NCBI GenBank assembly: GCA_947245485.1
Contig: CAMXOH010000001.1
Span: 1-63,820 of the forward strand
Length of the DNA: 63,820 bases
Reading direction: 5' to 3'
Origin: an uncultured Clostridia bacterium
GTDB lineage: Bacteria; Bacillota; Clostridia; Christensenellales; Borkfalkiaceae
Shown here: positions 28,469-36,157 of the stretch, in pieces
How positions within the stretch are numbered: position 1 is the stretch's first letter
Layout of the letters: each line of letters starts with the position of its first letter
Notes under the pieces: generated by a model
The model's database searches: none
Told to the model about the DNA's origin: nothing
What the model saw: only the letters and a program-made list of their open reading frames with translations
Position numbers and translations under genes: made by a program

Positions 28469-29977
28469 CTAAACGTTTTTCGAAACGCGGTTATCCGTAC
28501 AGGTTACGCGGAAGAATTTAAACGTTGCATACCCCTTGGAAAGCGTATTCGCGCGCGCATATATGCCGAGCTTTGCGCCCGTCCATACTCCGGGCGCGGC
28601 GTAAAACTTATGCGTGAACGCGCTTCCGCCGAACGTAAACTTATAGGCGAGCCTGTGCCTTTGCTCGTACTTAGCCGAAGCCTGAAAAGTCACGTAATTT
28701 TCGTCGTAGGGTTGGCTTTGGCAAAGCGTTTCGTCGCTTTCGCCGCCGATACTGCCCTTTCTTATTTCAAGATAGTTCCTGCCGTTGCGTCTTACCACGC
28801 AGATATAGGCATATTCCCTGCCGAATACGGTAAACCCGACTTCGTCGCCGTCGTTCACAAGTTCGAGCTTGCATTTGGTTTTTACCGAAAAATTGAGATA
28901 AGGCACCTTTTGCATAAGAAGTTGCGGCACGTCCGAAAGCGCGTTAAACCCGTAATATGCGCAGTTGAGTTGCAATCCGCGCTTGAATTTGAACCAGCCT
29001 TCCTCTCGGTTTGCGGGCGTCTGCCAGACGGGCGAAAGTTTCTCGCCTTCGAATTCGTCGCTCGGCTCTATTCTATAATCCGTCTTTACATCGACGGGGT
29101 ATTCGCCGTAAGACACGGGGTTGCCGGGGAGATTTTCGTCGTGCAATCCGCCGCACAAAACCCAGTCGCCGCGCCATACTGCGGGTTGTAAGTGCACGAT
29201 TCTGCCGTAAGCGCCCATATCCTGAAAGTGCATAAACGCCCAATGTTCGCCGCTGTCGTCCAAATCTATGAGCGCGCCCTGATGGGGTCCGTTTATATCC
29301 GTACCGCCCTGCACCTGAATTATCTTCGTTTCGTAAGGTCCGTATATATTGCGCGAACGTAGCGCAACCTGCCAACCCGTAGATACTCCGCCCGCAGGCG
29401 CAAGTATGTATATATATCCGTTCCTTTCATAGAACTTAGGCCCCTCTATATTGGGTGCCAAGTCGTGCCCGTCGTAAATAAGCCTGTGGTTTGCAGCGCG
29501 CGCCGTAAGCGTTTCGTCCGTTTCGAATACGGCTAGCTGGGAGTTGATTCCTATTCTGCTTTTCACGAACGCGAACACCACGTAGCATTTCCCGTCCCGC
29601 CATATTGGGCAGGGGTCCTCGTACCCCTTACCCAAAAGCAGAGGACGGAGCGGAGACCATTCGCCGTAAATATCTTCCGTTTCGGAAACGAAAATTCCCT
29701 CGTCGGGGAATGGTATAAGGCAATAAAATTTCCCGCCGCGGTATCTTATGGAAGGCGCCCACGCGCCGTGTCCGTGCTTGACGCTATCGTAGCCTGCAAA
29801 CGGAATTTTATCGAACACATAATTTATTATGCGCCACTCCACTAGATTTTTGGAGTGAAGAACGGGTACGCCGGGCACGTGGTTGAAGCTCGAAGCTACC
29901 ATATAAAAGTCCTCCCCGACGCGGAGCACGTCGGGGTCGGAAAAATCATATTGCAATACGGGATTTTCGTATCTCAT
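28469..29977 (-). CDS. GH43 glycoside hydrolase (beta-xylosidase/alpha-L-arabinofuranosidase-like) with C-terminal beta-sandwich domain
   Basis: NPVLQYDFSDPDVLRVGEDFYMVASSF is a typical GH43 N-terminus. 502 aa. Confidence 0.88.
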   Translation of the reverse strand: MRYENPVLQYDFSDPDVLRVGEDFYMVASSFNHVPGVPVLHSKNLVEWRIINYVFDKIPFAGYDSVKHGHGAWAPSIRYRGGKFYCLIPFPDEGIFVSETEDIYGEWSPLRPLLLGKGYEDPCPIWRDGKCYVVFAFVKSRIGINSQLAVFETDETLTARAANHRLIYDGHDLAPNIEGPKFYERNGYIYILAPAGGVSTGWQVALRSRNIYGPYETKIIQVQGGTDINGPHQGALIDLDDSGEHWAFMHFQDMGAYGRIVHLQPAVWRGDWVLCGGLHDENLPGNPVSYGEYPVDVKTDYRIEPSDEFEGEKLSPVWQTPANREEGWFKFKRGLQLNCAYYGFNALSDVPQLLMQKVPYLNFSVKTKCKLELVNDGDEVGFTVFGREYAYICVVRRNGRNYLEIRKGSIGGESDETLCQSQPYDENYVTFQASAKYEQRHRLAYKFTFGGSAFTHKFYAAPGVWTGAKLGIYARANTLSKGYATFKFFRVTCTDNRVSKNV

Positions 29978-30786
29978 TTAAAATTAACCTCGCAATCCTC
30001 GGGGAATGCGTTTTCGCCGAGAATACAGTCTTCGGGAATGGTTACGCTCTTTAAAGAAGTGCCGTGGAAAGCATATTTGCCTATTGCGTTAACGCCTTCG
30101 CCGATTACCGCGCGCTCTAAGTTGGAGCAGTCGAGGAAAGCGCCGTCGCACACGGCTTTGACGCCGCCGCCGATTATTACGGATTTAATATTCTTGCATT
30201 CCGCAAAAGCGGTTTCACCTATGAACAGTACGCCTTCGGGAACGGTGAAACCCTCCGCTTCGAGTCCTTCGGGAGCCTTAATAATTTCCGCGCCCGTCTT
30301 GTCGTAGAGTATGCCGTCCTTGGAGCTGTAACACGTATTTTTAGCGTCCACTTCGAAACTCACGATATTCTTGCAACCGTAAAACGCCGCTTTGCCGATT
30401 TCGGTAAGTCCGCTGCCGATTTTAACCTCTCTCACGCTCGCGCAGTTGTAGAACGCGCACGCGCCGATTGATTTAACGCTGTCGGGAAGAACGATTTCTT
30501 TGAGATAGCCGCAGTATCTGAATGCGCTTACGCCGATTGACTTTACGCCGTCCGGAATAGCCACGCTCGTTATGCCGCTGTTAAAGAAAGCTATTTCGTC
30601 TATTTCCGTTACCTTATCGGGAATAACCACGTTGATTTCGTTGCCGTTATATCTCACAAGCACGCCGTTATATATAAAGAAGCCTGCTTTGATTTTCTCG
30701 TCTTCCGAAAGGTCAACGCCGCAGAACGGACAGTAAGTCCATTCGCCCTTGTTCTTCTTTCCGCACTTAGGACAATAGTTAAACAT
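29974..30786 (-). CDS. Zinc-ribbon plus BspA-type leucine-rich-repeat protein
   Basis: N-terminus CPKCG...CPFCG, then repeated IPDGV/LPDSVKSIGxxAFxxC units. AAGGAG RBS. 4-nt overlap with the GH43 gene. Confidence 0.8.
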   Translation of the reverse strand: MFNYCPKCGKKNKGEWTYCPFCGVDLSEDEKIKAGFFIYNGVLVRYNGNEINVVIPDKVTEIDEIAFFNSGITSVAIPDGVKSIGVSAFRYCGYLKEIVLPDSVKSIGACAFYNCASVREVKIGSGLTEIGKAAFYGCKNIVSFEVDAKNTCYSSKDGILYDKTGAEIIKAPEGLEAEGFTVPEGVLFIGETAFAECKNIKSVIIGGGVKAVCDGAFLDCSNLERAVIGEGVNAIGKYAFHGTSLKSVTIPEDCILGENAFPEDCEVNFK

Positions 30787-30868
30787 TTTTGAATTTACTC
30801 CTTGGTTGTTTTACGAAATTATTTCCGTTTTTTCATTCGCATTGGCGAAATATATTAATTTATAATAT

Positions 30869-30898
30869 ATTGTAACACAGGCAAATACAAAAAATCAA
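30869..30898 (-). promoter_or_regulatory. Promoter candidate for the LRR/GH43 operon
   Basis: Minus strand: TTGATT (30893-30898), 18 nt, TACAAT (30869-30874), preceded by TGT (extended -10). Confidence 0.45.
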
Positions 30899-30980
30899 GT
30901 GCAAAAATAAATTCGCACGTATAATTTTTGCACATAAGAAATTTTCGGCGGACAAAACCCCGCTTAAATCGAACGCTCCG

Positions 30981-31014
30981 CAAAACAGAAAGCGCGCGCC
31001 TTTACGGCGCGCGC
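30981..31014 (-). terminator. Orphan minus-strand rho-independent terminator
   Basis: 9-bp all-GC stem GCGCGCGCC (30992-31000) / GGCGCGCGC (31006-31014), followed on the minus strand by TTTCTGTTTTG. No annotated gene ends here. Confidence 0.65.
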
Positions 31015-31045
31015 CTCGTACTTTATAAATGTAATCCGCGCATTA

Positions 31046-31170
31046 TGTAACGTTGCGTTTACGTCAGCCTTATTTTATCGTAACACAAAGTTTACGTTTA
31101 TTGACTTTTGTTGACTTTTATGTAACATTAGGGTTACATTCGCCGTTTTTAATGTAACATAAAGTTTACA
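31046..31170. promoter_or_regulatory. Array of four 18-bp palindromic boxes, consensus TGTAAC-N6-GTTACA
   Basis: Box sequences: TGTAACGTTGCGTTTACG (31046-31063); CGTAACACAAAGTTTACG (31079-31096); TGTAACATTAGGGTTACA (31121-31138); TGTAACATAAAGTTTACA (31153-31170). Confidence 0.75.
31101..31119. repeat. Tandem direct repeat TTGACTTTT x2 (10-bp period)
   Basis: TTGACTTTTG TTGACTTTTA, read directly between boxes 2 and 3. Confidence 0.8.
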
Positions 31171-31199
31171 TTTACGCTTTTTTTAAGTTTTTTTATAAT
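31171..31199 (+). promoter_or_regulatory. Plus-strand promoter candidate abutting box 4
   Basis: TTTACG (31171-31176), 17 nt, TATAAT (31194-31199). Confidence 0.3.
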
Positions 31200-31266
31200 T
31201 TTTTCGCGCGTTGAAGAGCTGTCAACCGCAACAAGCGTACCGCTACCGCAAATGCTGTCATTTTTT

Positions 31267-31365
31267 TCGTCATTGCGGGCGTAGCGCGGCAATCCAGACT
31301 ATTCCGCTCTTTCCGAACATTTACTTCCGGATTGCTTCGTCACCTACGGTTCCTCGCAATGACGA
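31267..31365. repeat. Palindromic REP/MITE-like element, copy B
   Basis: TCGTCATTGCG (31267-31277) / CGCAATGACGA (31355-31365) plus inner GCAATCCAG (31289-31297) / CCGGATTGC (31327-31335). Same termini and inner arms as copy A. Confidence 0.85.
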
Positions 31366-31395
31366 CAAATCAGCAACGCTTCCGCTTCTTTTTTG

Positions 31396-31424
31396 CCTCC
31401 CGCATAGCGGGAGGTTGTCTTTTA
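31396..31424 (+). terminator. Plus-strand hairpin plus T-tract
   Basis: CCTCCCGC (31396-31403) / GCGGGAGG (31407-31414), followed by TTGTCTTTT. Confidence 0.5.
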
Positions 31425-31430
31425 GCAAAC

Positions 31431-31470
31431 CAAAAACGGCGGCAGTTAAAAAACTGCCGCCGCATTGTTT
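31431..31470. terminator. Terminator of the pot operon (bidirectional shape)
   Basis: Stem CGGCGGCAGTT / AACTGCCGCCG (31437-31462) flanked by an A-run and a T-run. It lies directly after the potD stop at 31471-31473. Confidence 0.85.
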
Positions 31471-33015
31471 TTATTTGTTTTCGATTTTTTCGTATCCTTT
31501 TTTAGGGCGGGATTTAATAAAGAGTTTATACCTGAAAACATAAAGACATACGCCGCCTGCCGAAAGCGCCGCGAGCGCGGACACGACTCCCCAGACTACG
31601 GGAGAAATATCCTTTACGTCAAGACAGCGAACATTTATCCACATTCCGTTTATAACGCTGAGTCTGTCGCCGAAATCGAGCATTACCACGCTGCGCTCTA
31701 TAACGTTAGCGGGAGGGTACTGCGCGAACAACTGTCTGCCGCGGTTTATTGCGCCGCTTCCATCCTCGAACTCGAAATCAGCCGTACCCGTCGTCAGCGA
31801 ATAACCCTCGCCGAAGAAGTAACTTAAATCGTACTCGAATATTTCTTCTTCGTCCTCTTCCGCGCCGTAGTTCCAATCCATATAATCGAAAACCATACCG
31901 TCGGCGACTGCGGAAGTATAACCTATATAATACATATTCCGCACCGCGTTGTCGGGACGGGATAGAAAGTTAACGAACGCTTCCGCCGCCTGCTGTCTGC
32001 GCTCGTTGCCTTCCACGCCGTCTTTGAGCATAAGCCAACCGTCAAACCAAAGGTTAGTGCATTCGTCGGGTACGGAATACCAAAGTTCGGTTTCTTCGGC
32101 GTCGGCTTCGTCCATTATATACACTGCGTCGCCGGACCATTGCAGGTTTGCAATTACTTTGCCCGTAACCATATCCGCTTTGCCAGAATCGGTTTCGAAA
32201 GAATATACGTTTTCCTTTATTCTCTTTAACATATCCTCGGCGGCGGCGATTGTGCCGTCGTCCGTATCGTTGAGAACGGTACTGCGCTCTTCCGCGGAAA
32301 GTCCGCCTTTGAGTTTTTCGGAATTGATTATGCCGAGCGTTGCAAAGTACGCGTCGCGCACGTTGTCCTTTATAGTTACCTGTCTTTTATAATTTTCGTT
32401 GGCAAGCATATCCCACGAAGCTACGTCCGATACGTCTTGAAGCTGTTCGGGATTGTACACGAGTCCCGTCGTTCCCCACATATAGCAAGCCGCAATTCCG
32501 CTCCAACCGTATTCGACGAATATGCTGTCCTCGCCGCAGTCTATATAGCGCGAAACGCCTTGCGCGTAGTAATTTCCTTCCCTGTCCGCGTCGAGAAATT
32601 CTTCCGAAAACGGAACGTAATTTCCCTCGTCTATGAGTTTCATCAGCATATAGTCCGAGGGGCACACCAAATCGTACTCGTCTCCGAGACTGAGACGGTT
32701 GTACAAATCTTCGTTAGTGCCGAAAGTGGAATATTCCACTTCAACCTTATAATCGTGTTCGGCGTTGAACCATTCCGTGAAATCGTCTACTATCGAATTA
32801 TCGCCGAATACTCCCTCTCCTTCGTCGGAAAAAGGATTGTCTATATCGATTAATTCTTCACTGTCCCAATCGCCGAGGTCTATGTATTCTTCCCAGTTGC
32901 AAACGCGGAGAACTACCGTCTGCTTTTTCTCGGCGCACCCCGCGCCCGAAACGACTATTGCCCCGCCGAGCAGAGTTGCAAAGGAAAGAGCGGCTATTTT
33001 TTTCAAATACTTCAT
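31471..33015 (-). CDS. potD: Spermidine/putrescine ABC substrate-binding lipoprotein with extra C-terminal TM helix
   Basis: The start MKYLKK...SGAGC (lipobox) at 33015 overlaps the potC stop. PotD-like core. The C-terminus PVVWGVVSALAALSAGGVCLYVF is hydrophobic. Confidence 0.85.
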   Translation of the reverse strand: MKYLKKIAALSFATLLGGAIVVSGAGCAEKKQTVVLRVCNWEEYIDLGDWDSEELIDIDNPFSDEGEGVFGDNSIVDDFTEWFNAEHDYKVEVEYSTFGTNEDLYNRLSLGDEYDLVCPSDYMLMKLIDEGNYVPFSEEFLDADREGNYYAQGVSRYIDCGEDSIFVEYGWSGIAACYMWGTTGLVYNPEQLQDVSDVASWDMLANENYKRQVTIKDNVRDAYFATLGIINSEKLKGGLSAEERSTVLNDTDDGTIAAAEDMLKRIKENVYSFETDSGKADMVTGKVIANLQWSGDAVYIMDEADAEETELWYSVPDECTNLWFDGWLMLKDGVEGNERRQQAAEAFVNFLSRPDNAVRNMYYIGYTSAVADGMVFDYMDWNYGAEEDEEEIFEYDLSYFFGEGYSLTTGTADFEFEDGSGAINRGRQLFAQYPPANVIERSVVMLDFGDRLSVINGMWINVRCLDVKDISPVVWGVVSALAALSAGGVCLYVFRYKLFIKSRPKKGYEKIENK

Positions 33016-33806
33016 TTCTTTTTCCCCCTCTTCGCCGCGAGCACGTTCATGCCGATAACAACCGCGATAACGATAAGGAATACGAGCGTGGAGAGCGCCC
33101 AAAGCGCGGTTTTAACTTCCGTCTGACTGCCCCTCGTAGCGTTGACGACGTAGGTGCTTATGGTATCGAAAGTTGAAGGTTTGGTATACGTTGTAATAAA
33201 ATAGTCGTCCAAAGACAGGGTGACTGCGAGCATAAAACCCGAAGCTATGCCGGGAATAAGCTGAGGTATTACCACTTTGAACAGCGCCTGAACGGGCGTC
33301 GCGCCCAAATCGAGCGCGGCTTCGTAAAGGCTGTTATCCATTTGTTTTAACTTGGGTAAAATGGAAAGATATACGAACGGCGCCGTGAGAACCACATGTC
33401 CCGCGCCGAGCGGAATGAACGTGTCCTTGCTTATGCGCATTATGACTATAAGCAGTATGCACACCGAAAAACCCGTTACTATGTCGGCGTTAACAACCGG
33501 AATTTGGTTTGCCGCGTTGATAAGCGTCTTTGCGGTTCTCTTGGAATAGTACGCGCCTATTGCGCCGAGAGTGGCTAAAACCGTGGATATTGCCGAACAA
33601 ACGAGAGCGAGCGCCACGGTGCCGAAAATCATTCCGCGCAATTCTTCGTTTCTGAAAAGTTCGATGTAGTTATCGAACGTTATTCCGCTCACCGCCCCGC
33701 CTACCATAGAAGCGTCCGTAAAACTGAACACCGCAAGCACAAGGATAGGTATATAAATAAACAGCAGAATGAGCGTTAACCAGCATATATGCGCCGCCTT
33801 TTTCAT
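33012..33806 (-). CDS. potC: Spermidine/putrescine ABC permease
   Basis: 264 aa, 6 TM, EAA loop YEAALDLGATPVQ. 4-nt overlaps with both neighbours. Confidence 0.9.
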   Translation of the reverse strand: MKKAAHICWLTLILLFIYIPILVLAVFSFTDASMVGGAVSGITFDNYIELFRNEELRGMIFGTVALALVCSAISTVLATLGAIGAYYSKRTAKTLINAANQIPVVNADIVTGFSVCILLIVIMRISKDTFIPLGAGHVVLTAPFVYLSILPKLKQMDNSLYEAALDLGATPVQALFKVVIPQLIPGIASGFMLAVTLSLDDYFITTYTKPSTFDTISTYVVNATRGSQTEVKTALWALSTLVFLIVIAVVIGMNVLAAKRGKKK

Positions 33807-34597
33807 AAAACCGCCCCCCTCGCGTTACTGTCTTTATCGCTGAAACGGTTGGTTACGAGCGTCACGATAAATATAATGACGAGCAGAACAAGCGAAATCA
33901 TAGAGCCGTTATTCCAGTCGTACGCGCTGAAATAGCTTCCGATAAGACTGCCCATTATGTACGTGCTGTTATATAACATATCCAATACAACGTAGTTGGT
34001 CATAGACGGCAACAGCACCATAGTCATACCCGAAATTATTCCCGGCACGGAAAGCGGAAGCGTCACGCGCAGAAAAACCGTCAACTTGTTTCCGCCCAAG
34101 TCGGAAGCCGCTTCCAAAAGACTTTTATCGAGTTTTAAAAGCGAAGTATACAGCGGAAGAATCATAAACGGCATAAAGTCGTATGTCATACCTATAACCG
34201 AATTGAGAAAGGGATATGCCGAGATATTGCCTTCGAGCAAAGACAATATTTCTTTAAGCGCGGTAATGCGGAGGGTGAAGTTAATCCACATAGGCAGAAT
34301 AAAGAGCAATAAAAGTACGTATTTCTTCTTCAAATTGCTTCTCGCAAGGATATATGCCGTGGGGTAAGCTATTACAAGACATACGAGCGTGGTGACGATG
34401 GCAAGCGAAAAGCTGTACAAAAGAGTGCCGAGCGTGTTTGTGTTAGTGAAAAAATTCGCAAAATTAGAGAAGGAAATTTTGCCCTGTCCGTCGGTGAACG
34501 CGTAATATAATATGACGAACAGCGGAGCGAGCACGAAAAACACAAGAAACACCGCGTAAGGAATACATAGTTGTTTTCTGTTGAAACGCAGTTTCAT
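33803..34597 (-). CDS. potB: Spermidine/putrescine ABC permease
   Basis: 264 aa, 6 TM, EAA loop LEAASDLGGNKLT. Confidence 0.9.
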   Translation of the reverse strand: MKLRFNRKQLCIPYAVFLVFFVLAPLFVILYYAFTDGQGKISFSNFANFFTNTNTLGTLLYSFSLAIVTTLVCLVIAYPTAYILARSNLKKKYVLLLLFILPMWINFTLRITALKEILSLLEGNISAYPFLNSVIGMTYDFMPFMILPLYTSLLKLDKSLLEAASDLGGNKLTVFLRVTLPLSVPGIISGMTMVLLPSMTNYVVLDMLYNSTYIMGSLIGSYFSAYDWNNGSMISLVLLVIIFIVTLVTNRFSDKDSNARGAVL

Positions 34598-34598
34598 T

Positions 34599-36110
34599 TT
34601 ACTTTCCGTCCTCCGTAACCTTTAACGAAAGTTTGATTTTTTCTTTGGGAATTATGATGCCTACGAGGTCGCCCGTGTTCCACATATCGGGGCAGGAAAG
34701 AACGTAGTCCTCTTCGTTGTCCTCCGTTCTGACTATGTAGCGGTAGTGGTCGCCCTTATATATCATCGAAATTATGTTGCCCTGCGCGCCGCCCGAACTC
34801 AAATCGTCGCTCATCATAATGTCGTGGGTATCTACCTCTACGTCCACTTCCGTACCCGTAAGGTCGAGCTTTTCGCCCTGCGCCGTAACGAGGTATCCTT
34901 CTTCGTCCAGATGCGAACCCGCGTACAGACAGGTTACGTCGCATTCGAATTCTCCGTCGCCGAACTCGACTTTATTGGTCTTGGTGATGACGCCGTCGTA
35001 CTTGTTCACCGTATAGACTTTTTCCATAAGGTGTATTCCGTCGGGTTCGATTCTGAGTCCGATTATACCGCCGACGGGCGCGTCCGTAGTGCTGTGAATT
35101 ATAATTTCGAACTTGCCTATACCGACTGTAATTTCGTAATGCACTCCCTTGAACACGGACGATATTACCCTGCCTTTGAGCTGTCCTTCCTCGGGCGTGC
35201 AGATTTTAATATCCTCGGGGCGGACGACTACGTCCACAAGCTGATTGATTTCATAGTCGTCGAGACAGTTGAAAGTCGCCCCGCAGAATTTTACTTTGAG
35301 TTTGCCGACGAGCGTGCCGTTGAAAATATTGCTTTCGCCTATGAAGTCGGCGACGAACGTGTTTATCGGTTCGTTGTAAATTTCGGTAGGCGTACCCGTC
35401 TGTTGAATTTCGCCGTCGTTTATTACCACGACTTTATCGGACATGGTAAGCGCCTCTTCCTGGTCGTGCGTAACGTATATAAAAGTGATGCCCAATTTTT
35501 TGTGCATCTTTTTGAGTTCGATTTGCATCTCTTTGCGCATCTTTAAATCGAGCGCGCCGAGCGGCTCGTCCAAAAGCAGAATTTCGGGTTCGTTGACTAT
35601 TGCGCGTGCAATGGCGATACGCTGCTGCTGTCCGCCCGAAAGCGTGGAAACGCCGCGCTTTTCAAACCCTTCCAAATCAACGATTTCCAATGCCTTTCTG
35701 ACTTTTTTGTCTATTTCCGATTTAGTAAGTTTTTCGCGCTTGACGTAAGTTTCGCCGTTCTTGTTTACATAAGTGTTTTCTATCTTTTTAAGACGCAAGC
35801 CGAACGCGATATTTTCGTACACGTTGAGGTGAGGGAAAAGCGCGTACTTTTGGAATACTGTATTGACGGGGCGTTTGTTGGGCGGAAGTTTGCTTATATC
35901 CTCGCCGTTCAAAAGAATTTTTCCCGAAGTGGGAAGCTCGAACCCAGCAATCATTCTGAGCGTGGTAGTCTTACCGCAACCCGACGGTCCGAGGAAAGTA
36001 ACGAACTCTCCCTTTTTTACTTGCAGATTAAAACTTTCCACGGCAACCGTATCGCCGTCGAAAACCTTTCTCACGTCTATAAGCTCTATAATGTTTTCGT
36101 TTTTATCCAT
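34599..36110 (-). CDS. potA: Spermidine/putrescine ABC ATPase with helical-domain insert and long C-terminal extension
   Basis: [34 protein letters not shown]. 503 aa. Confidence 0.9.
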   Translation of the reverse strand: MDKNENIIELIDVRKVFDGDTVAVESFNLQVKKGEFVTFLGPSGCGKTTTLRMIAGFELPTSGKILLNGEDISKLPPNKRPVNTVFQKYALFPHLNVYENIAFGLRLKKIENTYVNKNGETYVKREKLTKSEIDKKVRKALEIVDLEGFEKRGVSTLSGGQQQRIAIARAIVNEPEILLLDEPLGALDLKMRKEMQIELKKMHKKLGITFIYVTHDQEEALTMSDKVVVINDGEIQQTGTPTEIYNEPINTFVADFIGESNIFNGTLVGKLKVKFCGATFNCLDDYEINQLVDVVVRPEDIKICTPEEGQLKGRVISSVFKGVHYEITVGIGKFEIIIHSTTDAPVGGIIGLRIEPDGIHLMEKVYTVNKYDGVITKTNKVEFGDGEFECDVTCLYAGSHLDEEGYLVTAQGEKLDLTGTEVDVEVDTHDIMMSDDLSSGGAQGNIISMIYKGDHYRYIVRTEDNEEDYVLSCPDMWNTGDLVGIIIPKEKIKLSLKVTEDGK

Positions 36111-36157
36111 AAAAATTTTCTCCGAACCGTAATAAATTTAAATTAATGCAAAATATA

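Larger units (their letters stand above)
31206..31424 (+). ncRNA. Candidate small RNA (about 215 nt) containing REP-like element copy B
   Basis: Bracketed by the plus-strand promoter candidate (31171-31199) and a plus-strand-only terminator (31396-31424). No credible ORF or SD lies inside. Confidence 0.2.

Noticed and set aside
30899-30933. 10-bp inverted repeat GTGCAAAAAT/ATTTTTGCAC with a 15-nt loop, just upstream of the LRR/GH43 -35 box.
   Set aside because: The stem is short and AT-rich, occurs only once, and has no T-tract. It could be an operator, but the evidence is too thin to report as a finding.
31101-31119. The tandem repeat read on the minus strand (AGTCAAC-AAA-AGTCAAT) resembles the CtsR heptad operator RGTCAAA-NAN-RGTCAAA.
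   Set aside because: No clp or other class III heat-shock gene is nearby. The match is 6/7 per heptad, and the repeat may just be duplicated -35-like hexamers. It is kept only as a note inside the box-array finding.
31046-31170. Could the four repeated boxes be a mini-CRISPR array or an origin of replication?
   Set aside because: The units are 18-bp palindromes with unequal 15-24-bp gaps, not 25-40-bp direct repeats with unique spacers, and there are no cas genes. No DnaA boxes (TTATCCACA) and no dnaA/dnaN context were seen.
31211-31543. 110-aa ORF across the spacer, plus the analogous 73-aa ORF at 41-262.
   Set aside because: Both start at TTG and simply translate the palindromic repeat element and terminators. 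There is no SD, and the second half overlaps potD antisense.
33016-33102. N-terminal extensions in the ORF track: PotD from 33102, KduI from 21909, LacI from 51317, TetR from 61265, GNAT from 39692, MerR from 996 and pectinesterase from 14368.
   Set aside because: In each case an internal ATG with a good SD (or, for LacI, a consensus promoter) starts the recognisable domain or signal peptide. The extension overlaps a neighbouring gene or promoter.
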